From Nitrospirales bacterium (GTDB lineage: Bacteria; Nitrospirota; Nitrospiria; Nitrospirales; UBA8639): a DNA stretch of 64,000 nt. Below, in pieces: positions 52,201 through 64,000 of this stretch. The number at the start of each line of letters is the position of its first letter. Position 1 is the stretch's first letter. The notes beneath the pieces are model-generated. The model saw only the letters and a list, made by a program, of their open reading frames with translations. It was not told the origin of the DNA and ran no database searches. Where the stretch lies: contig CBDBCZ010000019.1 in NCBI GenBank assembly GCA_965203295.1, positions 32,001-96,000 of the forward strand, in the 5' to 3' direction. The translations under genes were made by a program, and so were the position numbers.

Positions 52201-54221
52201 GTGTGCTTCATACTACTAAAAGTAGACAAACTACAGTGAAAGGCCTAATGACTCTGATGAGACAGCTACACTGACCATTGAGTGCCAGCAATGTTGACTC
52301 TGATGGGGCGGTCATACACGTATGTACTACTCATTGAGTGTCAGCATGATGTAATGTAGAACCCACTTACAATGTACAGTCACACAGGAGCAAGTCACAC
52401 ACACTGTTGACGTTCCCCAGGGAACAAGCACTCTAGATATAACACCTGAAACTGCAGCCTTAGGTTGAGTAGACATTGAGTGTGACCACCTTGCAGTGTG
52501 TGTGTTACCTCACTTACATGAGCCAGCACAGCAAATCAAGAGCTACACTACTACAAGCACTGTAAGTTGGTCGCACTCACTGGCCACTCAACCTAGGCTG
52601 CAGTTCGATGTCTGCCCTAAAGAAGACTGTAGCCCAGCAGTCGAAACTTCGGCATTTGATGAGAGTTTTGCGAAGCCAATTCGCGGTTGGTAGAAAGTAA
52701 ATCCCGATCAATACGAGACTACAGTTTTTACTGGGAGAATCCTGTGATCAAGACCTCTACAATTTCTAATACTGACCACTGCCGTGAAGTAACCCCCTGA
52801 AATATGTATAAACCCACCTCGTTTCCATAGTTACTTTTCACCTATAATCAATCTGCTTATAAGTCAATACTGGTCTTTAAGTAACTAATTAAGTCTAGGT
52901 GGGCTCATTTTACAGTCTGTGGTTCCCACAAGTCCCTTTCAAGGGTCTATTGGCCCTAAGGAGATAGCTAACCTCAGGAATGTCCTCACTAAACAGACAC
53001 ACACACACACACTCTTATTCACGCCAGGATCAGCAGTCACCCAAGTATGCAATTTTCTGACACTACATCCCTTCTCCTTTACCAATAAGGCCTTCTAATG
53101 TCTCCCCCACTCCAGTATTCATTGCATGGGACAGGAAATAGCCTCCACAGGTGTGAGGCAGATAAGGGCCCCCACCTACTGATAAATCCCTTCTCTCCAG
53201 TTTCCTAGCCAGAGGGCTAATGGAAGACCACTGAACTACACACACACATCCTGTAGCCTGACAAAAATCTACTGCCCCTTTTTTCATACACATCCTGTGA
53301 CAGTCATTGCAAGGGTCCACTTTTTCCTATGAAGACAGGAACCCATTGTACTTGAGTCAAAAAAAACAAACAATGTATCATACGATATGCCTAGTCTCTC
53401 CAGTTTTTCTTCATATACCCAAGCGTTCGCCGCCTTCGGCGGCTCGATGCGCCCTTGGTATACCTCAAAACAGTTTGCAGGTGCTGTTTGCATACATACT
53501 ATCAAGCTGAGATATTTCTCACATAATCTACAAAAGCAATCTACACCCTACTCCATGTAACTCGCTCAGAACCAGGCGAAATACATAATCACCATACAAG
53601 TACGCTGCCAGTAGCCCATAGTTCGGGGCGCGTGGCTTCACAGTAGTTAGCTACATCGCCACTCCCGTACCGCCCCCTAAAGTCATATGCTGCCGCAAAA
53701 AAATACGGATCACAGAAGCGATTAAACACAGCCGCAGCTGCCATAAAATAAATCGATAACCCAATCGAATCCACACAGCAGCTAGCTACAGTCACAGGTA
53801 ACAATTAAATCACCCCCCGAATGTTCAAAATTGCGTCAATCAATCTACATAGAGGCTAGAGGTTTTACGCTACAGACGGTAACTCACACTTCTGATTCTT
53901 GTCATGGATGAACGGCGTCTTGAGTTAGGAGCCAGCAAACACAGCTGAAGTGAAAGAGAAGGAAGCGTGGCCACTGTGTACGCATACGGGGGAAGCACGA
54001 ATACCGAATGAGCTCAGACTTTTTTTGCGAGTTGTCAGACTGGTTTATTTGTCGCCATGCACGCGGTATTCTCGTGTACAGACCACGCCTCTCCGAAGCT
54101 AGGGGTCGAGCCAGCCACGTAATTTTTTTGTTATATTGACGCTTTTTTTACGGGTAATATTGTAAATATTTTGATTCTGTCCGATTAATATACACAAATA
54201 TATTTCGGGCTATTGCACAAC

Positions 54222-54277
54222 TAGTCTCGTGCCCAGCCGGAAATTTCGACTGAAATTTCCGGCTGGGAACGAGACTA
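54222..54277. mobile_element. 56-bp hairpin Mutator-like mini-MITE 37 bp upstream of the PSMF1 ATG
   Basis: tagtctcgtgcccagccggaaatttc/gaaatttccggctgggaacgagacta; perfect TSD ttgcacaac. Confidence 0.92.
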
Positions 54278-54314
54278 TTGCACAACTGACCTGGGAACGG
54301 GACACGAGACAGGA

Positions 54315-57300
54315 ATGGCCGAGTCTCTGGACTCCCTCTTGGAAAAAGCCTTGGCCGAATCGGGCGCGCGGTCGGGGCAGGATGCATTAGTGGTCGCTCT
54401 TCACGCCAGCCTCTTGTCCGAAGGCTTCGTGTGCGCGGCCCTCGGAGATGAGGTATGGTGGGCAATAATTGGGAGACATGCCAACTCAGCAATTATAGCA
54501 TAAAACAGTTGGCTTTGGTTCTTGCAGCCAATTTAGTAATCAACACATCACTCTATTAATTAATTCCCCGCGAAATGGTAACCCTCCTCCCCTATGGGGG
54601 GCACTAGCCTGTATCTTGATACTGAGATGTATAACGCAGCTAGCGCTACGTACTGTAGACTCGGGTTATCAGGCGTACTTGTTATGTAAGCGCATATAAT
54701 TATACACTATCAGGCGCTTGCTTGCTTCTTGGCCCAAAGCCGTAGCTCTAAACCCTAACTGTTGATAAGTGGTATTATTTATGCAACACAAGCCTTTGGA
54801 GGTTATCTGATGTACTCTATTCACTAGCCTGTATCTCGATACTGACGCAACACAGCTAGCTCGAATCCCTTCTGCCGGACCAATAGCCACTTTTATTATT
54901 TAATATTAAAATTGGAGTACCGTATTCGCTCTTATTAATACGCCACTAAAAATTAATTATTTATCGCTAGTGGCGCTCTTTTAGAGAGAAAAATACACGA
55001 ACTTCATGAAATGGCGCCCTCTTAGTGCTCAAATTGTAGACTGATCACTCTATTCTTTTCATTCTACCGGTCCTTAAACTTCTACGTTATGTGGCATTTA
55101 CAACGCGCCACCTAAATAATAATCTATTGGCGCTATATTAGAGAGGGAAAAAAAATTATTACGACGATTAGCTCATTAATTAGAGTGGTGCGTTAATAAG
55201 AGCGGATACGGTACATGCACGCTATTATGTCAATCAGGTTTCCAGGCCTAATTACTTAACGCCCTGTTCCCTTAGAGCTTTGGCAAGGACTCTACCCCTG
55301 GCCCCGCCCTCTCCTCCCCCTCCTCCCCACGGCTGCCCCCGGACTGGAACTCTGCGCACGATGTCTACACTCTACAGTACAGACACGAGAGATTTCGGCA
55401 GGTGTTTCTGGTGAAAGTTATACCCTTGGGAGAACAGCTTCTGATCAATGCTGTGGTATGTCTCAGTGGTATTATTCATGCAACATAAGCCCTTGGAGGT
55501 TAATTATCTGATGTACCCAGCTTATATAGTATCAGAGGTTAATAGCCTGAGGATATTTCAGCAGACCATGCAAATTGAGGCAATTGTGGATTGTTGAATA
55601 GATCTGAGAGGCTGCTGTGTCAGATTTGAACTCTATATAGACCCATTACCATTATTAAATTTAATAATGAAGACAAAAACATGCATGTTTCCATGTAAAT
55701 TTCCATTTAGTGCCTACTTTTACCCTCATTACATCATATTGGTAAAGAGTCTATTAAGGTCTTTTTGCTAGTTCAAGGCAAGACTCGCGCTCCTACAATA
55801 GTTCAAGGCAAGACTCACGCTCCTACAATAGTTCAAGGCAAGACTCTCGCTCCTACAATAGTTCAAGGCAAGACTCGCGCTCCTACAATAGTTCAAGGCA
55901 AGACTCGCGCTCCTACAATAGTTCAAGGCAAGACTTGCGCTCCTACAATAGTTCAAGGCAAGACTCGCGCTCCTACAATAGTTCAAGGCAAGACTCGCGC
56001 TTCTACAATAGTTCAAGGCAAGACTCGCGCTCCTACAATAGTTCAAGGCAAGACTCGCGCTCCTACAATAGTTCAAGGCAAGACTCGCGCTCGTACAATA
56101 GTTCAAGGCAAGACTCGCGCTCCTACAATAGTTCAAGGCAAGACTCGCGCTCGTACAATAGTTCAAGGCAAGACTCGCGCTCCTACAATAGTTCAAGGCA
56201 AGACTCGCGCTCCTACAATAGTACAAAAGCTATGTGACTGGTGAATACCTACAGCCAGGAGCGCATGAACCACGCGACGCTCATGGGCTCCTGCTACGTA
56301 CAGCTCATCTGTATAGCCTCGAGCCCAGGCCTTTCTCGACCAGGGCAGTCTTGGAGTAAAAATTCTTTCCCCAAAAATTCTTTCCCCAAGGCTACGAGAT
56401 AAAATCTTGGCAAGGAAGCTAGAACCCAGGCTAGCTAATTTGTGCGCTGGTGCTAACATGAGAGCGTTTTTGTGGCATGAAGGCATCCCTTTGATGGTGG
56501 ATTAGAACATGACTGTAAAACATGTGGAGACTTTTGTAGTGGTTTTTTAGCCTCGTTCCCAGGCCCGCGACTTTTTCGGTTGCACGAAGGAAAGTCTTTC
56601 GTGTAACCGAAAATGGCGCGGGCCTGGGAACGAGGCTAGTGGTTTTCCATTAAAGTAGTCACGGTTTGTTGCCATAACTAACAAATAACAAGTCCCGATC
56701 GCTAAAATAATGTTTCGATAAATCCTCATCATGTCACCCAGTTAATTGGCCAATTTGTCCCCATGCTTTGATTTTTCAGTGTAGGTTATTTGGTACCCCA
56801 GCTGCCGATATCTCACAAAATATATTGACAGCTAGCTTGCTCCAGGCATACAATGAAACTGTGGTGATTTCCATCCCATGTATACAAATATTTGGCACCT
56901 CTGTGGAATAAGTTTCACTGGTGCACGGCTGAGTATAATTGAATTAATGCAGACACGAATTAATGCAGACAGTATACACATAATAGTGCTTGGTGATGAC
57001 TATAGCCTCATGCCCAGGCTCCTTGCATACGTGGGAGAGAAGTTTCCACGCGGGTTAGAATGGGGGTGGGGTAGGATTGATTGCAGCTGATGACACGGTA
57101 CCAACTGTTAATTCTGTACGTACGTCATGTACCATGTAAGATTATATACGTCTACCTATATACAGTGACTGAAACGAGAGTTGTGTGCTTTTGCCAATTA
57201 TACAGCTACAAAGAGTACTTTATGAGTGTATGAGCCCGAGGGAGGGGGGGGAGGAGGATGTGCATATGCAGTCTCTCACCCAGCCGTCCCAGCTGTTGAG

Positions 57301-60300
57301 TCATGAGTACTTATACAGCTATAGCAAAGAGTACTTTGTTACTAGATCTGAGTCGCGGCCCGGGGGGAGGGGAGGGGAGGAGGGCATACATGCAGTCTCT
57401 TACCCAGCCGTCCCAGCTGTTGAGTCATGAGTACAATGTAGGATTATACCAGCAGGGGTTAGTGGTTGAAAGACATCAAATGGTGGTTTAATGATTGACC
57501 TACAAAAGAAGAGTAACTTATCCCGTCTAGACGCATTACCTCAGGAATGCTTGTTTTACTGTAGGGAACTCTCCTGGGTATAATTCCATGGATGAATGGA
57601 TGAATTATTTTACAGCTGCTGTATGTTATTACTCTAAACAGTGTTCCTTGTTTGGAACTGACCTGACCAGTTGGTGGTTCTTGAGCTACTGGGTTATTTT
57701 TAAACAGCAGCTGTATAGTGTCACCAGGTTATTTTTAGACAGCAGCCATATATATATCCTAATTGTATAGCAACACTTAGCTAAAAAGTAAAAATACATC
57801 AATTGTAGTCTGTGTGGCTTTAGGAACAAGCAGATATTTGTGGTGACCATTCAACTGCCACCATTGGCCCTGATTCTTGTTTGTTCAACGAAAGGGTCTA
57901 GATCAGTGGTCGTGAGTGTCTAGGTGTGAGTGTCTGGCACGTGTAAGTGTTTGGCATGAGACCTTGTGTAAGTGTGATACTGCCGGAGTACGAATGCCTG
58001 AACACGACACTGCCTGGGTATGAGACTGGTGTGGTATGGGTACCTGGGTATGAGACTGGTGTGGTATGGGTACCTGGGTATGAGACCGGTGTGGTATGGG
58101 TACCTGGGTATGGGACTAGTGTGGTATGGGTACCTGGGTATGAGACCGGTGTGGTATGGGTACCTGGGTATGAGACCGGTGTGGTATAGGTATCTGGGTA
58201 TGAGAGCGGTGTGTTATGGGTACCTGGGTATGAGACCGGTGTGGTATGGGTACCTGGGTATGAGACCGGTGTGGTATGGGTACCTGGGTATGAGACCGGT
58301 ACCTGGGTGTGAGATTGGTGTGGTATGGGTACCTAGGTATGAGACCGATGTGGTATAGGTATCTGGGTATGAGAGCGGTGTGGTATGGGTACCTGGGTAT
58401 GAAACCGGTGTGGTATGGGTACCTGGGTATGAGACTGGTGTGGTATGGATACCTGGGTATGGGACTGGTGTAGTATGGGTACCTGGGTATGGGACTGGTG
58501 TGGTATGGGTACCTGGGTATGAGACCGGTGTGGTATGGGTACCTGGGTATGAGACCGGTACCTGGGTGTGAGATTGGTGTGGTATGGGTACCTGGGTATG
58601 AGACTGGTGTGGTATGGGTACCTGGGTATGAGACTGGCTAAAACTGCAGGCCCATTCTATCCTGACCCTGCCTCTACCTCTGCAGGCTGCAGGAGAGGGA
58701 GAGACGGTGCACTCCACCACCCTGGAGGTCTCCAAGTTTATCAGGGATGCAGCGGAATCGGAGTTCAAATCACAGAGGTTAATAGTATGTACAGCTAGCC
58801 TCATTCCCAGGCCATATTGAGATGAACCGATACACACTCCAAGCCAGTAGTTCTCAGAGCCAAAAATAAGGCTTTGGGTTTGGCTGGCCGAGCTGAAATT
58901 TTGATTGGCCATCCGTACAATTTGTTGCAATCATGGCCAAATTATTGTAGAAAAATGCACGAAAATAGCCAGTGGCCAGCTGCTATTTTGAGCTCTGTAT
59001 TCTCATCTTCTTCCCTCTGTTTCAGCTGAATATTCTCATCTTCTTCCCTCTGTTTTATCTGATTATTCTCATCTTCTCCCCTCTGTTTCAGCGTGTTCAC
59101 CAATCTGCTGCAGCTGGTGTCCACCCTCAACAAAGAGATTGTCTCGAAACTGACAGCAAGGTGAGTGAGTGGCTCCGTATAGGGACTTTTCCAAACCACA
59201 CCCCCTCCATTACATTGTCTCCCAGCATTTTGATCTATTCTCTGCTCCAGGTCAACTAAGGCGGCCTCTGCAGACTCGTCGTCTCGCAGGCAGAAACCAG
59301 ACAGAGCCCCCCTAGCAGATGACCCCCTCAGAGTTGGCCCCCCGAGACACCCCAGGGGGCCCATTAGAGATCCAGACCCCCTGTGAGTGGTTTTGATTAG
59401 AGAATTTACCCCACCCAAATACCCCCGGGGGTCACACAATGGACCCATTAGAGACCCAGACCCCCTATGAGAGATTTTGAAGAGAAAATGTACAGTTAAT
59501 TGGACATTAGGGCAGGGCTTTCAATTTGACCCCGGGGGGGGGGGGGGGGCACTGCAGGGAAATATTCCAGATCCAGATCCCCTGCAAGTAGTGAGTAGTT
59601 TGGATAAACATAGCGGCTCCACACGTATTTCAGAGGCCTGCACGTATAATACTCGAGACCCTAATAGCCCAATTTCAGTGTGTTCGTACCAGAGTTTTCA
59701 AATAGCCTAATTTCTGAGAGCCCTGTTGCTGGAAGACTTGCACATTTCTCTTGCTCCTCTTTCAGGGCAGAGCCAGGGCCGTTTGGCATCGGAGATGGCG
59801 ACAGGTTGCCGTTTGGGTGAGTCTGTCAGCTGTTCTCATAGCCAGGTCTGTGCTCCACCGTATGAGATATGGAGTATGGAGTATGGAGACCTGGGTACGA
59901 GACTAACCTTCATCTTAAGCTGATACGTAGCCAAAAAAATATTATGTCATGAAGTGGGGAGATCTTACAAGCTCCGCCTGCGTATGTGGGTGCGTGGTCG
60001 ATGGCGTAAGCGCTACAGCAGCAACATGAGTATATTATTATGTTATGAAGTAGTACTGTTCAGCTCTGCTATTTACCAGCAACTCTCCCTCTTTCCTTCT
60101 TTCTTTCTTTCTCCCTCTCTCTCCCCCTCATCCTCCCATCCCCCCTTGCAGTGCTGGGGGAAGCAGTGGAATGATTTTCGACCCCCTGAGACAGGGGGGC
60201 AGGCCAGGGGGAGGTTTCCCCGGGTCCGGCCCCCTGGGACCATTTCCGCCAAGGTATTAAATCCAGTATAGTACCTATCAGGAGGTCCTCACTATGCTAT

Positions 60301-61506
60301 CCTCGGCCCCTGCATAGCCAAGCTTATCCCTGGCTGTTTGTTCCAGCAAAGGGGAGGGAAAGGCAAGGTTGATCTTTCTCCGAATAGGAGCCAGGTTCAT
60401 TTGCTGTATATGCATAGGTTTGTATCTGGTAGTGTGTTGAGCTGATGGGACTTGCTTGTTAGCCATGTTCCTAGGCTCCACTCCCCTGCTTTTTATTGCA
60501 CCATGTGGAGCCTGGGAACGAGGCTAGCTAACCAGTCAATGACCCTAGTCTAGCTTCTTAGACGGCTGTCTACCAGTGCAACCTTCTGTACTGCTACATG
60601 TAGGAAAACTATTATATATGTACAGTATAAGCATCCTTGATTACTAATAGTTGACGTCAGTCTCACATGTACCCATGCCCCACTCACACCAAAGGTAGGG
60701 GGTGGGGCCTGGGCACTGGCTAATGTTGGCCATCCTCCACTGCTACTGTGGTCTGTAGACTCCCCTGCCAAGTAAGCCCCGTTTGTGTTTCCTCTGTGTT
60801 CTCACTCAGCCATCCTCCTGGCGCCCGATTTGACCCCGTGAACCCCTTTGGGGTCCCACCCCCTGGCAGATTTCCTGGGAGAGGTGGAGGAGGAGGAGGT
60901 GGAAGATTCTACGGCGAGTAAGTCGAGAGGACTTCTTGCATGCGGTGTCCTCCTCTGTTGTAGATATCTGTTTATGTATTGTCAGTGTTGGAAATGAAGC
61001 GTGAATAGCAGATTGTCATAAGAGTCTTTTCCTTATCCATGGTGGTGGCTGGGAATGAGGCTACGTGGTGTGGTAGTCAAGGGTAGAAGAATGAATATTA
61101 TTTTGTCGTGTTTTGATCATGTCACTGCAACACAATGTATAAATGTAGCATGTCCAAACTGCATAGTAGCATACGAGCCAGAGATACTGCATTTTAAACG
61201 CAGTGACATGATCAAAATGCATGATGGAATGATGTTGGTTGCTACCCGGGACTATCAAGCATTGTAGTAGACGTTGAACTTGTTGCATGCAGCTAGACAT
61301 ATTAACTTTGTTTGTGTAGAGTGATCAGTATTCAGGGCATGATACTAATGCAGGTGTAAGAAAGGGGGATGGAGAGGAGGAGGGAAAAGGGGCAATGCTC
61401 ATCTGAAAGTAAATCCCTCCTCAGGCCCAATCCAGACCACCTGCCGTATGCTGCGGGAGTTAAAGTTATTGGTTCTGTTTATCTGTCATCCAGTGCAGTT
61501 TTGTAA
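54315..61506 (+). CDS. PSMF1: Proteasome inhibitor PI31; 9 exons, extreme C-terminus uncertain
   Basis: Exons 54315-54452, 55276-55455, 58686-58777, 59092-59160, 59251-59382, 59766-59816, 60152-60253, 60810-60917, 61425-61506(?). Motifs DALVVALH, LPPDWN...YTLQY, DDPLRV, GMIFDP, PPGARFDP, PNPDHLP. Confidence 0.9.
54918..55213. mobile_element. Tc1/mariner-type MITE family A, copy 2
   Basis: Same TIR and internal sequence as 6484-6779, inverted. Confidence 0.85.
55771..56220. repeat. 30-bp minisatellite x15
   Basis: gttcaaggcaagactcgcgctcctacaata, head-to-tail with no spacers. Confidence 0.97.
56548..56638. mobile_element. 91-bp hairpin Mutator-like MITE
   Basis: tagcctcgttcccaggcccgcg...cgcgggcctgggaacgaggcta; TSD gtggttttt/gtggttttc. 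Confidence 0.88.
58014..58637. repeat. 30-bp minisatellite, about 20 copies
   Basis: cctgggtatgagac(c/t)ggtgtggtatgggta repeated. Confidence 0.95.
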
Positions 61507-61742
61507 TTCCACAATTTACAGTGTGAGGGAAGGCCTGGGTACGAGGCTAACTATATTCATGCTGTTGTTTACTGAGTATGAGGCGGATTAATCTGCATGA
61601 GGTGGCTTTGAATAATGTTTATATCTGCATGTTCAGCATAAAACTATATGTACATGTAGCCTCGTCGGATACATATTATCCGAAAAACAAGAAAGAGTTA
61701 AAACTACAGTGAGGATAGATAACGACGCTGCACGCACTACTC

Positions 61743-61793
61743 TAGTCTGGGGGACCCCGCCCCTCGCGTCGAGAGTCTGGCTACGCGAGACTA
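61743..61793. mobile_element. 51-bp Mutator-like mini-MITE
   Basis: tagtct...agacta ends; perfect TSD gcactactc. Confidence 0.8.
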
Positions 61794-62871
61794 GCACTAC
61801 TCGTGGTGTTGGATATAACGACGCTGCACCCACTACTCGTGGTGTTGGATATACAGACCGTGCGCAGAAGCAGAAGTCTCAAGTTCGATCGTCTCGGCGC
61901 ATAACCATAATTATGCCTCGATATAGCCTCGTTCCTAGCCCTCGATATATCTATCCGCCGCCTGGGACGAGGCTCATTGTAGGCAAAGACGCCAGAGGCA
62001 ATTCGCAATATCTGCGAACTATGCCACTAGCATGGCGTCCATCGTTTTTTAATTCGCCGAGCTCGAGAGTGGTGGTGAAGCCGCCGAAGATTCGTCGTTA
62101 TCGATATCGATATCGTGAGATAATGATGATCCTTCAAATGGAAGAGCTCGAGTATTTTGACTAAAAAGTGCAGTAAAGACTTCCATTATGACTATAATTT
62201 ATAATTTGACTGTACATGTATTTTAGGCTGTTTATTTTTGCACCATATAACTTCTTGCTGTTTCGGCATTCTAGTCACAGTTCATATTTCTTGTATGTCC
62301 TGTCACCCACTCCCTGCTGATTCATGTGGATTCTTAGACTAGAACATTCCTTTAACCTCAGCTCGCTTTGTTTTGTATAAGTATTTTCAAGAGTGCATAA
62401 GTTGCAATCCGGTTGCATAAGCTTATCTATTGTTTGCACCGCGCGTAGGTTAATAGTGCACGAGGATGATGCAATCATATCAACGCACGATGCAATAATG
62501 AGCTAGAGCTGGAGGGGTACGGCGACCATATTCATGAGGGCAGGACGAAGGCTTTTTTTGTAGTTATTCGTTGGTTTACAAAATTTTTCACCGGACGACA
62601 GACAATTGGGCCAATCGCCGCATACGCAACGCGCGGGGTAAAACTTTGGATAATGTATTACGCGTGACGTCACACGTAATAATTATAATATTATTATTAT
62701 CCATGGTAAAACAATAATAATATTGTGGAAGATCCTTAAATCTGATTCACTGGACAGACAGATGGACAAAGTCCAAGTTTAAAGTTCAAACATTGATGGT
62801 ACATTGTAGCTATCTGGTTATCACTTCATAGTGCATACTCGTTGTTGTTTAACACAGACTTTTGGTTATAA

Positions 62872-64000
62872 TTAACAGAAGTCCCTCGTGTATGAGAATT
62901 TTTTTCTTTTCAGCATTATACTCTTTCTACAATACATGGGAAAGACGAGACGTGTGTCTCCGAGAGTGGCAATGCACATCGGGTTCTGGAACTGAGAAGG
63001 GTTATTTCCTCGGCTGCCGAAGGAGCTGATGAATTTGCCACTCCTTGAGAAAATGGAAACGCGATGGTTATACATTTCAGCCACGAAAACGTATCCGCTT
63101 TTCTGATCGACCTGGATTCCGACGGGTTCTCTCATCTGCCCCTTGTTCACTCCTCTCTCTCCGAACATCTTCACCAATACATACGTACCATCCTCCTTCT
63201 CGAAACACTGGACTTGGTGTCCCTGGCGCTCGGTTACAAAGATCAGCTCGCGGTTTCCTTCTCCTTGAACTCTCGGCTGCCTGTATATGGAGATACTGCT
63301 TGGATCGTTGAGCATGCCGCCGTGACCCTGCTTCTGTATTATACCCAGAAAGGTACCGTCAGGTTTAAAGTACTGGATCCGGTGATTCAGGGAATCGGTT
63401 GCAAACACAATCGCTTCGGAGTTGATGGCTACCCCGGTCGGGTGGTTGAATTGGCCGTTCTCGCCGCCGGCCTTTCCAGACTCGTTGGCACCGATGAATC
63501 GCACGAACTGACCTTCCAGGGTCACCTCCTGCAGTCGATGGTTGTTCCTCTCCGCCACAACGACGTGGTTGTTGGGGGTGCAGGCCAGGCCTCGCGGAGA
63601 CTTGAATTCCAGCTCTCCTCTTCCTTCCTTGCCGATGGTTAGCAGCAAGTTTCCGTCTTTGCCGAACACCAGCAGACAGTTGGACTCGCTATCGGAAACC
63701 ACGACTCTTTCGTCCTTGCTCACGGCCACTCCCCACGGAGATTTCATCGTGCCTTTTTTGGCAATCGATCTTGTGGCCTCCATGTTGCGATGAGGCGGGG
63801 AGACGATTATGCGATACGACTGCTTCCAGATGACCCTTCCGTTGATGCTTGCAGAGATCGTCAGTCGGTTTGGTCCTCGTGTCTGGGGCTGAACCGTGAT
63901 GGTGTACACACCGTTTTGGCTGTTGGCGACGTGGCACTGGATCGAATCTCCACCGCTCTCCGGCTGAGTCTTGGCCTCAACCTCAATCTCGGGGTGCTCG
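62872..64000 (-). CDS. Third, more diverged TRIM-NHL paralog (filamin end + NHL repeats; 5' part outside the window)
   Basis: Frame is open from the window end; NGVYTITVQPQTRGP, SPRGLACTP, NHRLQEVTLEG and GEGNRELIFV match the two other copies. Confidence 0.88.
   Translation of the reverse strand, partial: EHPEIEVEAKTQPESGGDSIQCHVANSQNGVYTITVQPQTRGPNRLTISASINGRVIWKQSYRIIVSPPHRNMEATRSIAKKGTMKSPWGVAVSKDERVVVSDSESNCLLVFGKDGNLLLTIGKEGRGELEFKSPRGLACTPNNHVVVAERNNHRLQEVTLEGQFVRFIGANESGKAGGENGQFNHPTGVAINSEAIVFATDSLNHRIQYFKPDGTFLGIIQKQGHGGMLNDPSSISIYRQPRVQGEGNRELIFVTERQGHQVQCFEKEDGTYVLVKMFGERGVNKGQMREPVGIQVDQKSGYVFVAEMYNHRVSIFSRSGKFISSFGSRGNNPSQFQNPMCIATLGDTRLVFPMYCRKSIMLKRKKFSYTRDFC

Noticed and set aside
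55771..56220. CRISPR array
   Set aside because: The 30-bp units are contiguous with no unique spacers, there are no cas genes, and the array lies in a eukaryotic intron.
55765..58930. Repeat-peptide ORFs (VQGKTRAPTI; VVWVPGYETG; HTTPVSYPGT)
   Set aside because: Open frames arise from 30-bp minisatellites inside PSMF1 intron 2; there is no splice or coding support.
59558..59583. GC-donor microexon in PSMF1
   Set aside because: 26 nt would shift the frame; exons 5 and 6 already join in phase.

Overview
Intron-rich animal genomic DNA (GT-AG introns, microsatellites, many MITEs). The gene and repeat style suggests a non-bilaterian such as a demosponge, but that is an impression and was not tested. 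Exon chains were rebuilt by hand from splice sites and reading phase. In order: (1) 5' part of a UbiA-family prenyltransferase (-); (2) CFP1/CXXC1 (+); (3-4) two tandem secreted PCSK9/proteinase-K-like S8 proteases fused to a CUB domain and 5 or 7 ILEI/PANDER-like repeats (-); (5) a 15-exon plant-type purple acid phosphatase (+); (6) an orphan protein with an N-myristoylation motif (+); (7) a ~7.1 kb tandem duplication giving two complete TRIM-NHL genes plus broken copies of both neighbours; (8) PRL/PTP4A phosphatase (-); (9) PSMF1/PI31 (+); (10) the 3' end of a third TRIM-NHL (-). The most notable signal is a spliced upstream ORF in the inferred PTP4A 5' leader (MTRIRS|VFCGFGQTFMEFLKGSCGDWCQAQHD*). 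It resembles the Mg2+-responsive uORF peptide of vertebrate PTP4A1/2 as I recall it, which needs checking. Also notable: the protease-CUB-lectin-array architecture, a bacterial-looking UbiA gene with introns, and a prolific family of small Mutator-like MITEs with 9-bp TSDs.
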